42,976 bases of DNA from Nemertoderma westbladi (Eukaryota > Animalia > Xenacoelomorpha). The notes beneath the pieces were generated by a model. That model did not search any database. It was not told the DNA's origin and saw nothing but the letters and a program-made list of their open reading frames with translations. The stretch lies in assembly GCA_032718475.1 (NCBI GenBank), contig JAUCBJ010008132.1, positions 1-42,976 of the forward strand, written 5' to 3'. The translations under genes and the position numbers were made by a program. Below are positions 1 to 12,000 of this stretch, piece after piece. How positions within the stretch are numbered: position 1 is the stretch's first letter; each line of letters starts with the position of its first letter.

Positions 1-65
1 CACTTTTCTTGTTGGTTGCATGTGGGCCTCATTCAACTAGAACTCATTTCGGCCCGTGCACCACA

Positions 66-146
66 CGGGCCTAAGGGATACTGGACTTGCGAGAAACGAG
101 ATTACGACAACTATGGAGAATCGGGAAACCTGAATGATCTCATTTC
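66..146 (+). repeat. Dispersed ~80-bp repeat (copies at 32411-32492 and partially ~32680-32730)
   Basis: cgggcctaa-ggat-ctgga-ttgcgagaaacgagatt-cgacaactatggagaatcgggaaacctgaatgatct is near-identical at both loci; preceded here by the hairpin ggcccgtg-cacca-cacgggcc (51-71). Confidence 0.85.
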
Positions 147-280
147 TCAATCAAAATTCTGTCGACACCCCATAGGGAGCTTCTATTGGATATTCTTTGT
201 GCAATATTTCGCTTTATTTCATTCAGAATTGTAGGAGAGGAATGTTTTCTAACATACAATATACTATTGTTGTTGTATAT

Positions 281-335
281 TGTACAGACGGTAGTTTGCC
301 CAATGTTTCGTTTTCGTTATTAGGCTGCCCTGCAT
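281..335 (+). repeat. Dispersed ~55-bp repeat (second copy 14131-14185)
   Basis: cccaatgtttcgttttc(g/a)ttattaggctgccctgcata is shared by both loci; at 14.1 kb it is part of a local ~82-bp tandem unit. Confidence 0.8.
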
Positions 336-1790
336 AAGAAGTGGATGTCCTTATATAGATATGCCAAGAATATACCAGAATAAATATAGATATACCAGAA
401 TATAGATTCTGGATCAACACCTCATGGAAATAAATCTTGGGTGGATGCCCAGAGACCCGAAGGTAACATTTCCTATCTCAAGCTCCACAATAATAAGATA
501 GGAAAAAATACAAAGAACGCACACAAAAGGAGGCAATTTTAAAGGGCAACTATCACAAAAATCAGGGAAACAAACACCTCATCAGCAAACATTTATACAC
601 TGTTCAAACTCACCAATAGTGTTTTACTGGACCTTCTTTCAAAAGCCGTGGGGATTACTTCGCCATACATCTTTATTGAGCTAATAATCAAGTCACTTAA
701 CTTCCTACGTAACCCTATGGACATCTTGGACAAACAACTCCCAGGTCTAGGAATCTGTACGCTACAATTCTTCCAACAAATCATCTTCAATGAGATCATA
801 GAGACACTCCTTAAAAATACCACTTGTGCAAACATTTCAATTATAAACCATAGACCTAAATAAACCTGCTTAATTAACGCGCTTAATGCTTAAATAAACC
901 TTCTTTAAACAATAAACATGAATTCTGCCTCATCCTAGAAGCAAAGGCAATCTCCCCCAACTTCAGAAAGCGAGTTAATGTATCTGCCATTGATACGGAT
1001 GGATTCCTGGACATCATAAAATGGCCCACATCCAAATTGAACTTAAAACAATCCAAACCAACTGTGACTTAGTAGCATAACACTGCATTCCTTAACTACT
1101 TACATTCCGGAAATCCTACTAAATACTAATATCCTACTAAAATAGGAAATTACATGACCCATCATCCATATGGACACCAATCTAACAACCAACCTTCAAC
1201 AAATATACAAGCAATAGTCCAAATTCTAAAAAAAGCAAAAACAAATTCCACCAAACTTGTTATAAAAATAAGAAAATAAGTCACAAAAAAGTGCAAACAA
1301 ATGTAGTAGTGGATAGGATAATCACAGGGCTAATGATAATGAGGGTGACAAATTAAACTATGTGGGCAGAAACAATTAAGTGCTAGAGAAAACGAATCTG
1401 AAGAAGAATTGATAATCCTAGATTCAGCCTCATCAACAGATTGTGACAGTAGTGAATGTCAGGAGTGAAGGTCATATGAGGTGATTCCAATAAGTCCCGA
1501 CCAATCTGATGATGAAATTATATCTATTTATATATATTCTATATTGGAGACCATTCCTTCAGTATAAAAAGTTATAGGGATGACATCATACTGTAATTGC
1601 TAATCTCAAGACAGACCTCCAGTCAATGGCTACTATGTGTTATATTTACTTTAAAGATTATAACTTAATCCTAAATAGCAAAAAGACTCACTACCTTCTC
1701 ATAAATGAAGATGGGGGCAGTGAATCTGATACGTGTCTAATCTATGGGTTTCAGGGCATAATATCACCAACACATCTGAAGACAGTTGTA

Positions 1791-1817
1791 TGTATATATA
1801 TATATATATATATATAT
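1791..1817. repeat. (TA)n microsatellite
   Basis: Direct reading of the sequence. Confidence 0.95.
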
Positions 1818-2281
1818 CGGTCTGCCTCTACCTCCCCTGCCTCGCAACCTGGACAAACATTTTCAAAAAATCTCTTGACAATATCAGCCGATTGGAACTG
1901 CGAGGATTTGCAATTGATAGTGTCCCACTGAATGTTGTTGCCAAATTTTAGCAGTGTATCTGCTTATCAGCTGCTATGCGATGCGAGTCGCTCAAACATA
2001 CCAATACAACAGACATAGCGTGCTACTGATTAAATCTGCCACCACAATATACAACATATTGAACTGCTGCAATAGTAAAATTATTTATCTATTTGACTAT
2101 CTGTTGTCCAGCCAGCAAGGGATGTTGTTTGACGTAGATAAATTTTTTTTTAATTTATTATTCCATTACTAAATTATAAAATCAGGCGAAGCACAAATGA
2201 TCACAAATTAATTAAGTAGAATAATTAAGATAGAAGCACAGGTTAACAATAAATATTTACAATAAAGAAACAGATATGTAA

Positions 2282-5200
2282 TCAGTACATATCTGGGTCA
2301 ACACCCCGAATCCCCACCCCATCCCCAAACCCGAGGCCCCGCCATGGCCTCCTACCACCCTGGAGGCACAGAGAGGTCGCCCGAAGGAGACCAAACTGCA
2401 GCCGCCGCCTCACCGCACCCAAAACCTCTCCCAAACCCCGCTGTCTCATCCCGACCCTCTTAGAGCATAGCGTCTCCGCAAGGTGCCAGATGAATACAGC
2501 CGCCTCCGCACCCCACACACCGTCGGTGGAACACACCAACGGGGTGAAGTGCATCCTGCGCGATTCGCAGGCCTCCTGGTAGTGGGCCCGCTTGACCCGC
2601 TCCCTCTGGACGAGTAAGGTCTCCATTGAGGCGTTGGAGCGAACATAGGAAGTGGCGTCGAGATTTATAATCGATACGTCGAAAAACGCCACTACCTAGT
2701 TTGCCCAAACGCCCCTGGATACCAAATCCGCCCTCACCCCCTCCACCGCCTGCCCATCCGAGACCAGGTGACCTTCGGCCAGGGTGACCTCCCGCTCGAC
2801 GTTAGTCGCACCGAAGGCCTCCGCAAGAAGGTCACCAAACACGTCCCGGTTCTCATTGTGCCGGCGAATAACTAGCCCTCCGACCTTGCAGCTGAGAGCG
2901 TGCGCAGTGTCGAAGGGCTCGCCGCAGCCCTCGCAGTTTACTGGAAGGTCTGGGGGCGCCATACTATACCGCAACGCGAGGTTGTCCCGAAAAGACTGCG
3001 GGTCCAGGTCGGTGTGGTCTATGGGCGAGGGTTGCGCGGAGAGCCATCCACCAGTCTTGTATTTCGCCGCCCGGCTGACAGTTCGGCACCGATCAGGTGG
3101 GAACGCCGCCAGAGAGGCCTCGAATTTGGCCTTACAGGCGGCGTCCTGTGTCTGTCGACACTCGACAAGGGCTGTCTTGAGGCAGGTGGCGTGGTCAGCG
3201 ACGTGGAGACGCCCGCCAGTCTCTATGGCCACCACAATCCTCGCAGTACCGGAAGTCGATGCGAGATGGGCCGACCCGGATCGCTCGATGGGGTCCCGGA
3301 TGCCCAGACCACCGTGTCGGACCGGGAGAAGCAGGAGCCGATCGAGGGCCGGGCTGGGGGTCGAACCGAAGAGAGAGGGGATGTATCGGTTGACCAACAT
3401 CGACCGGATCGGAGCGAGTTCTGACTCGTGTGGGTTGCACACCCGGAGGATGTAGTCCCACTCAGCTTGCAGACAGCGGCTCATCGCTGAGTGGGCTGTC
3501 TGAGGGAACTCTGTCGCAACGTCCGCTAGGATGTCGATGGACTTCGTCCAACCAGACACCTTCTCCACTAGAAACGCACGCTTGCCAACGGAGTCGCCAA
3601 CATAGCCTCCAAGAAAGCAGTGGCCATGAGATATCCGGACACCGCTGGAGCCGAATATCTCGTGGGCAGTGTCTTCCAGTCCGTGTTTGATAACCAACTG
3701 GCTCTTACTCGGCTCGAGGAAGTATCCGATTGAGGGGCCGAATTCTTTCAGCATCAGCCACCACCGATGTACAGCTGCCAGTCTGCCAACAGCCGATACG
3801 TCAGCGTATATCGTCAGCGTACCAGCACTGGCAGCATTCCGAGCGCTTGTTGCATGGTTCTTGCACCGCTGGTGAAGTCAGAGGAATGACAGACTCCGTT
3901 ACTGGCGCGACAACCGCCTGCACCGCCGGTGAAGTCGGAGGAACAATTGAGTCCGTTACAGGTGCGACTGGCGCCTGCACTGCTGGTGAAGTCAGAGGAA
4001 TGACCGAGTCCGTTACTGGCGAGACAACCGCGTGCACTGCCTGTACTGCCGGTGAAATTGGGGGAACAATCGAGTCCGTTATGGGCGCGACAAACGCCTG
4101 CACCTGCACTGCCGGTGAATTCAGAGGGACGACCGAGTCTGTTGCGGGCGCGATAACCGCCTGCACCGCCTGTGAAGAAGCTGCAACGCTGCGGAGAACC
4201 CAGATCAGTGGCAACGAGGAACAACCATATCCACCCATTGCTAGTGGGTCGCCCTGCTTGTATCCCTCTTTGCTCCAGAGGGGAGGGTTCTCTCCTGGGA
4301 GGTAGAGAGCAGCGTGGCCGTTGTAGGCGTTGAACATAAACCGCGAGCATCTGTGCCAGTTGATACGGCAGCTCCACAGTGAGGCTGATCGGCTGATGGA
4401 GTTGAATGCGTTTTTGGCATCCACGAGCAGAATGCAGTCAGATTCCACCTGGTCGAACAGCCCAGTCATGGAGTGTACCGCGCCCTCGATTCCCGCCTTC
4501 AACCCGCCACACAGCTGTTCTGCCCCGCACACCTGGCCGATATCGGACCCGGTAGTAGAGATGATACAGTTCGCGAGGAGTCTGTAGGGGACCTCCCCGA
4601 CCCCGATCGGTCGGACACCCGGCTGTTTGTCGAGGGCGACAAGTCGACAGGCTCGGAGAGCCCGGATCTCCCCCCAAGGAATCACCGAGTTCGCTATCTG
4701 ACGCGCGAGGGCCGCAAACGCTTCCCGGAGCCGGCTACTGTGGGTATCGTACCGCGTCAATAGCGAGCGCCAGAACTCCGCGTCACCACCCACTGGCCCG
4801 GGACTACCCTGCATATTCTGCACGACCTTCAGGACAACCTGGGCGGTGATGTCGATGTCCTCAAAGGGGGGTAGACCACTGGCAGGGACCGCGAAGACGT
4901 CTTGGGGTGGGGTGATGGGGTCAGGGTGTTTCGACACCAGCACATCTCGTACAGTGATACCGATGCGCTGGCCCTCAGCATGGGAGTTGGGGTCCAGGAC
5001 ACAGCCGCCGTCCCTGTCGGTGACACCTCGAAGTGCAGCCCGGTTCTGGCGGGCAAGAACCTTACGGTTAAAGATACGGGCGGTGTTGTCGGTTGTAGTA
5101 CGACTTGGGCGTCCTCGAGAAGAAGTAAACTTCGAGGCACAGCGCTCTGCCTCGCGTGTCAGCTGTTCGGACTCACCCCGTTCCCACATATCTATTCGGC

Positions 5201-5801
5201 GCATCACGGTTCTGCGAATATCCGCCCCTTTAAACACCTGAGGATCGCGCTGGAACACTGTTGCAGCAAAGCAGAGGAAGCGCTCCGACGGGTGGACTCC
5301 TCGGTTGAGGAGGCCGATCTCGTCCGCGAGCATCCCCGCTGCTCTCCTACTGACGTTTCCGCCGGGAACAAAGTACCGCCGCGATGGCAGGTGTGTTAGG
5401 CGCTCGTGTATGTCCGCCCAGAAGGAGTCGGTAGAGGTGCCCGGTTCGTTGACCCAGACGCCTCCGAAGGCCGACTCGATGGATTCCACCGGGGAGAAAA
5501 GAGCAGTTGGAGCAAGGGGACCCTCAGGTTCGGGTACCAGAGTGGTATCCATGTCGTCTGAATTAGAGTCTAGGGAGGTGGACGAGGGCGAGGTTGGGTT
5601 TAGAACCGAGGGTTGAGACGACGAATTCGGAGAGGAATGATTCGTCGACAAACTGGCTGGAAGGACGGTTGCCATTGGTCCATTGGCGCATTGGTTGAGG
5701 GTTAGTGGAGTACACGAGGTGCAGGGAACTCCAGCTTTGGCGCACCTGCACCCCCGACAAGCCCCACTGCGGCAAGTGCAGCAGCGTTGCGTGGGCGCCA
5801 T
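2282..5801 (-). pseudogene. CRE-like ORF: Cys-rich N-terminus, RT, CCHC finger, RLE; broken by a 10-bp duplication after YADD and a TAG at 2696-2698
   Basis: Joins track ORFs 3801..5813, 2696..3754 and 2282..2692. Motifs: CCTCRSGACRGCRCAKAGVPCTSC; LVALDKQPGVRPIGVGE; QLCGGLKAGIEGAVH; LLVDAKNAFNS; QGDPLAM; WYADD; CEGCGEPFDTAHALSC..RHN; RADLVSRGVW..AFFDV. First ATG at 5801. Confidence 0.88.
3862..4172 (-). repeat. Five coding tandem units (57-66 bp, multiples of 3) inside the RT domain
   Basis: Units gcac(c/t)gc(c/t)ggtgaa..gga..ga(g/c)tc(c/t)gtt..gg(c/t)g.ga encode ~19-aa SPAVQAVVAPVTDSVIPLT-like repeats. Confidence 0.92.
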
Positions 5802-6202
5802 TATTAGAATCAAAATAACAAGTCAGAAGTCAGCAGTACAGCAGTACTGCCTGTACGTACAGGTAGCCTAAAGCCAAAAGAAAAGTGCGAATGTCATTTT
5901 GACGTAGATATGTTTGATAACTACATCCGTACAGCGTGGGATCTAATTCGTCCTTCATTGACCAATCTGAGCACCTGCAAATTTAGCTTCAGATCCATCC
6001 CTAGAGATCTAAAGGACACCCAAGTTAGATCCCATGAGTCTAATAAATTCATATCGCCTATTTTACTCACAATCGATCTTGAATACCACCGCAGGTACAC
6101 CTACTGATAGACTACTTGCTAGATTTTTTCATAAATTAACACTTGTTAAATTGCTACTCTACAATGATTATTTAAGCATACTGATAATTTAAAGATGAGT
6201 TG

Positions 6203-6409
6203 TGTTATAGGATATTTTAGAGTAGATTATTATAGGACCTAAGAGGCCAAGCCTATATGCTAGTTAGTTCTGTAGTTGGTTGTACTGATTTTGGCTGTTG
6301 TGCATTGTACCGTGATATACCCTATTATACCAGTATACTGCCTGTCTGTGGTGATATCTTTGTTTTTTGATTATGCATGACACTCTGCGGGCCTTTGGAC
6401 CGTATGATA
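6203..6409 (+). repeat. Gypsy 5' LTR
   Basis: TGTTATAGG...CGTATGATA, repeated at 13665-13871. Confidence 0.95.
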
Positions 6410-6421
6410 TGGCATCCCTGG
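6410..6421 (+). promoter_or_regulatory. Primer binding site, probably tRNA-Asn
   Basis: TGGCATCCCTGG immediately after the LTR; 11/12 complementary to the 3' end of animal tRNA-Asn(GUU) as I recall it (...CCAGGGACGCCA). Confidence 0.7.
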
Positions 6422-7681
6422 TTATCGAATTGCAACACCTGAAACTGCAGAACTGTTGTCTTAATACCTGCTGTCAGGCTCAGGCTGTACTGCAGTCTTT
6501 GGTCTTAATACAGTAATACCGACGACGGTCAGACGGTACTGCAGCACCGGCATTGCACATTGTCAAGCATTTGCAGATTTGCCTGACTTTCTGTCTTAAT
6601 TATCTGATTATAGTGGATTTTGAATCATTTACCCTGCATATTGCAGTATTGCGTTTTACCTCCTACCTCCAATATTGGATTATATTATTCCTGCAGTCCT
6701 GTATTTGATATTTCAACATTTATTTTACTGGTTAACCCAGTACAGCAGTAGGCTAACGCTACCGGCACCGGGCCTTGAAGCCTACCGGTACTGCTGGCTG
6801 GCTGAGTTACCCTGGCTGGCTGAGTTTTCTACATACACTTCAGCATTTCTACAGTTATATGATTATTTTATTATTTGTATCTGTGTATTGGCCTAAGGCA
6901 TAAGGCCACACTTTAGCACTTTTATTCATGCAAAGTGAATGAGTTGCAATCACTACAATCTCTCCTCTTTGCATAGCAGCTGCTTCAATTTGTAAGTTCA
7001 GAAATTAGGCCTAATGTAAGGCATATATATTTATAAAATTATATTAGCCTTTTGTTTGAATCCGGGTACCGGTACCGTACCTAAACCTACTTAATGTCGA
7101 CAAAGAATATTGATTAAAGAAGAATAATAAAGGTATGTTACGTTACACTGAATAAGTATTTATGAATTGAGTCCCTTCATGCTTCATTTCTTTACCGTTT
7201 ACCGGTATTCAGCTATTTACCTGCTGCTGACTGACAGCATCCCAGCTGAATTTGATTTATCTTTCCTATGTGAATTATTTTAATTGAGACTTAAAATTAT
7301 GTGGCAATATTTGAATTTATTGGATACTTGAATAGTCTACCTTCAAGAGTTCAAATGCTTTAGACTGTGATTATCTGATTAGCCATTACAGCATTAGCCA
7401 CAGACCAGACTGCTGTAGGCCTATAGGCTAAATGTGTTAATTTGAGATTTATTTATAACTTTATTTAAAGAAGTATATATAATGGTAATTTAATTGTCTA
7501 ATTGGGCAATACTGTTATTATTTTCATCTTACCCGAAGTTGCTGACTTGGTTATAATTGGTGGTACAGTCAATGGACTGACTGATTAACATTATTAATTG
7601 AAACATAGATATTAACTTTTATTGTTTCAGTAATTTTAACTGTTTGGATACTCCCTTATAGACTACAAATATTACATAATC

Positions 7682-9067
7682 ATGCCTACAAAAGCAGAAT
7701 TGGAAGAATTATTGTCAACATTAAAGTCAAAAAATGTACAAATGGTTAATATATTGAAACAAATTGGTATAAATCATGAGTTCTTAGGCATAAAAGATGT
7801 GGAAATAAATTTGAAACAAGAAATAAATGAATTTGAAACATCATGTATAAAAATAAGTTCTTCAATGGATAATGAAATTACTAGCCTGGTACATAAACAT
7901 AATCAACTTGAAACAGATTATGCCTGTTTAGAGAAAAAGTATATTAGTATGAGAAATGAGTTTGGATATCTACAGAGCAAACATGATAATTTACAGGAAC
8001 AAGTTGAAGAATGTCAAGGTGAAATTCTTTCAATGTCACAGCAACCAAATAATACTGTTTTAGAAATGTCTGCACCTGTAACATGTGAGCAATGTATACA
8101 ATTAAAGAGTAAGTGTATTTACTTGGGAAAAGAAGCTTCTAAATTACATGATACAGTTGAAGAGCATAAAGGAATTATCGAAAGTTTAAACCAACAGATA
8201 CAAAGTTCATTAATCATTGAGGAAAATGAAAAATATAAAGAATTAGTTACTTCATATGAAGAAATGAAATCACACTTGTCTGCATGTCAAAATGATTATC
8301 TAACAATTCAAGATGAACTTTTACTTTTGAAACGTGAATATAGATCTAGACGGGAATTTTTGAATAATTCCATTCCAGTACCCAGTGTTACACTGAAAAG
8401 TAGAAAAATCAATTTTTTTACAAAAGAGATATCAAGTTGAATTGAAGGTGTTAATAGTAAACCACTTGAATCATCTCCTATAGAATGTGATAAACCAGCA
8501 GGTAATATTAGTCCAATATTTCATCAACAAGAGTTGTATGATACTAGGAATGCCTGCCCTGAATTAAATCCAAATGCTAGAAATTTCAACTCATTTTCTA
8601 GTCAAGGTATCAATTCAACTAATTGGAGACAGCCATCAACAGAAATACCTAAATACAAACGACTTCCAGTCAATATAAACAAATATGATAATCTGAAAGA
8701 TGGCTCATTCTCAACATGGGTGGCTAATGCTGAACTTGAGTTGGATGTAGCTGGATATCATGGAGATAGAGAACGCATAAGTAAAATATTAAACAATCTG
8801 AAGAGTGGATCAACAATTTGTGATGCTGCTCGGGATTATTTTAGTAATAACCCTGATGTTACATATTCAGCTTTTGTCAGTTACCTAACTGTACATTTTG
8901 ATAAAGATGATACACCACAAGAAGCTCTTGATGCTTTACAGAGAATAAGACAACATAGTGATCAACAACTACAACATTACAAAGATTATGTTCAAAAAAA
9001 GGGCGCTGCTTTACTTGCTGCCCGGAACAGATGTAGAATACCTAATCAATCTAGTCAGGAAATATGA
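7682..9067 (+). pseudogene. Gypsy gag: coiled-coil N-terminal extension plus capsid-like region; in-frame TGA at 8438-8440 and a +1 frame break near 8960-9067
   Basis: ORFs 7682..8440 and 8534..9067 share a frame and the interval after the TGA is open; heptad-like E/K/L/Q-rich first 250 aa; capsid-like FSTWVANAE...EALDALQRIRQ; the capsid end (FLHGL) and CCHC knuckle lie in the next frame. Confidence 0.75.
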
Positions 9068-12000
9068 TATTTCAAGAGAAATAAATGCTAAGTGTGTTGA
9101 AGTGGTAATGTGTGCTACATTCCTACATGGTTTAGAACCAAAAATTAAGAAGTTAATCTCAAATGATCAATATCATAACCTGCGTCAGGTATCAAATCTT
9201 GCAGATTTGGCAAAATCATTAGAGACTTATATGAGTTCAGTAAGAAAACGTCAAGAGGATTATAATGAGTTTGGAGACAGAAATAAACAAACAAGTTACA
9301 AACCAAATTTCAATCAGAATAAAGAAAATGATATTAAAAAGAAATCAAGATACTGTTATATTTGTGGCGATGTAAGTCATATTGCCCCTGACTGTCCTAA
9401 TAGAAGTAAAATTAGAGGTACTTCTACACCAATACAACAGCCTCTACTTAGTAAGCAATCATCAGAAGGGGTAATTGATTCTAACAAGACTACAAAGTTC
9501 CCTAAACCACAGACTACAAGTCGTCGAAATGTAGATGTATATGAAGGAGCTTATAATGATATTTCAAACCCACTACTGACTGATTCTGAAAACGAATCAG
9601 ATATAGGAGACACCGCATTACCAGAAACATTCAATGCCCATATCGAAATAGATAATGCTCCCACTATTTCTAAAGCACCTTCTTTTATTGGTGATATTAG
9701 TATAAATGGCTTTCATTTGTGCAAATTAGGAGTTTTTGCAGATAATGGATCAGAGAGTACTTTCATCAGTTTACGTCTTGTGAAACATTTACAGAAATTA
9801 AACCTACTTCCGTCTGAAATAAAGCCTCTGAGTTGTAAACCTATTGCTTACCAAGGGCAGCCAATCTCTATGATTGGGGAAATTCAAATTGAAGTCAGTT
9901 ATAAAAATCAATCATGTGTGAGAGTGTTTGCATTAGTTGATCCTTTAATGGGTAAAAAAGGAACTTATGATATTCTCATTGGTAATAATGTTGGGCCTTT
10001 ATTGTGCAAATTCGTAACCATACCATATACAATGGTGGGAACAAATGTATGGAATATACCATTTATACAACCACCTGTGAATAGAGATGAATGTGACATA
10101 AACCCTTCCAAGATGGATAATCCAATTACGGCATGTAAACGAATTGAATGTGTTCGTTTGGTCACTAGTGCTACACTGAAACCTCAGTGTACCACTTTCG
10201 TGAAAGCTACATTAGACAAGAATGATATTTCTGAAATAAATGTAAAGGAATCCTTATTGTTCGAACCATTCTTAAATAATGTTAGTCCTTTCCTACCAAC
10301 TCTTGTAAAATTAGATGACAATAATACTTTCATTCTAAAGGTTGAAAATAGCTCAAGAAATAAAATTAGACTCAGATCAAATAGGAAGATTGGTATACTA
10401 GAAAATGTAGAAAGTATTACAAATGATGATAATTTTGATTATGATGATGCTTGTAGGGATAGTAAACTTATAAAAGAGGAAGAAAGAGAACTTGATAATG
10501 ATAATAATGATTCAACAACAGCCCTTGAAAGGAAACTTCGTACAGAGAAATTCCTACGGTGTATTAAAATTGCAAATGAATGGGACCAGTTGACTTCAAA
10601 CCAACAAAATCAACTTTTAGATACATTATTAGAGTTACAATTTTCATTTGCTCTCCCTGACGAACCAACAGGAAGAACTGATGTAATTGAACATCATATA
10701 GAAACTGGAGACCATAAACCAATTCAACAGCATCCTCGCAGGATACCATTAGCCTACCGTGGAAAATGTAGAGAAATAATAGAACAATTATTGACAGATA
10801 GAATTATTGAACCCTCATCAGCACTATGGACTAGTCCAACTGTACTTGTAAAGAAAGAAGGCAAACCCTTACGTTTATGTGTTGACTACAGAGCCCTTAA
10901 TGCAATAACATTGAGAGACAATTACCCAATGCCTAGAATTGATGATATACTTGATTGCATTCAAAATGCAACTATATTTAGTGTTCTGGACGCAAAACAG
11001 ATGTTCCATCAAATCCCTATTTCTGAAGATAGCAAGGACAAAACTACAATGGTTACACCTGATGGAGCTTACAGATATACTGGAATGCCATTTGGTCTTA
11101 CAAATGCTCCTCCAACCTGTCAACGACTTATGAACGTAGCTTTACATGGGTTAATTGGTTATTGTTGTTTCGTATATCTTGACGATATATTGATTTTTTC
11201 AACTAATTTCGAATCACATTTGCAACACATTAATAAGGTACTTCAACGAATTAATAAAGCAAAATTAAAACTGAGAATAGAGAAATGCAAGTTTGCATGC
11301 TTTGAAATTAAATTTCTAGGACATATTGTAACACAATTCGGAATAAAGCCTGATCCACAGAAGATACTTATTGTCAAAGACTACCCTCCACCCAATAACC
11401 TCAAGGAACTGCAGCGGTTTCTTGGATTAACAAGATATTATCGAAAGTTTATAAAGGATCTTGCAAAGATAACTGCACCTTTGAATGCACTTACACGAAA
11501 AGATGTCAAATTTGTTTGGTCAACAGAATGTGATAAAGCATTTCAATATCTGAAGAGAGCCTTGACAACAGAACCTGTTTTAGCTCGCCCTGATATGTCA
11601 AAGCCATTCTTACTGGAAACAGATGCTTCAATGGATGGTTTAGGTGCTATCTTGAGTCAGCGTGATGACAATGATGAGTTACACCCAATTGCATATAGTG
11701 GCAAGAGCCTATCTAGTAATGAAAAGAAGTGGCATATTACTGAACTGGAATTATATGCTATCATTTGGGCCATAGACCATTTTGGAGCTTATCTCCAAGG
11801 TCAAGATTATGAAGTCATAACCGACCATTCTGCTCTCATGTGGTTTCTTAACATTAAAGAACCCAAAGGAAGACTACAACGCTGGATGTTAAAATTAATG
11901 CCTCAGATGCCTCGTATCAGTTACCGACCAGGCAAACTCAATTTAGCTGCTGATGCATTATCTAGAATCCCACAATGTCAATTAAAAACAGAACATTCAA

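Larger units (their letters stand above)
2141..5897 (-). mobile_element. Full-length CRE-like non-LTR retrotransposon (single ORF, RT plus restriction-like endonuclease)
   Basis: Flanked by the 13-bp direct repeat TTTGACGTAGATA (2128-2140 and 5898-5910); minus-strand AATAAA and A-tract next to the left TSD; sharp GC-rich island in an AT-rich background; RT and RLE motifs listed in the next feature. Confidence 0.9.

Noticed and set aside
3862-4172. CRISPR-like periodicity
   Set aside because: Whole units are homologous, there are no unique spacers, the repeat is coding, and the context is eukaryotic with no cas genes.
2446-5871. Many overlapping ORFs on both strands (e.g. 2784..3455 +, 3730..4305 +, 4902..5399 +)
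   Set aside because: Shadow frames of the GC-rich CRE ORF; no independent motifs.
8990-9005. Canonical -1 gag-pol slippery site A AAA AAG
   Set aside because: The downstream ORF is in the +1 frame and the site is upstream of the zinc knuckle, not at the gag-pol border.
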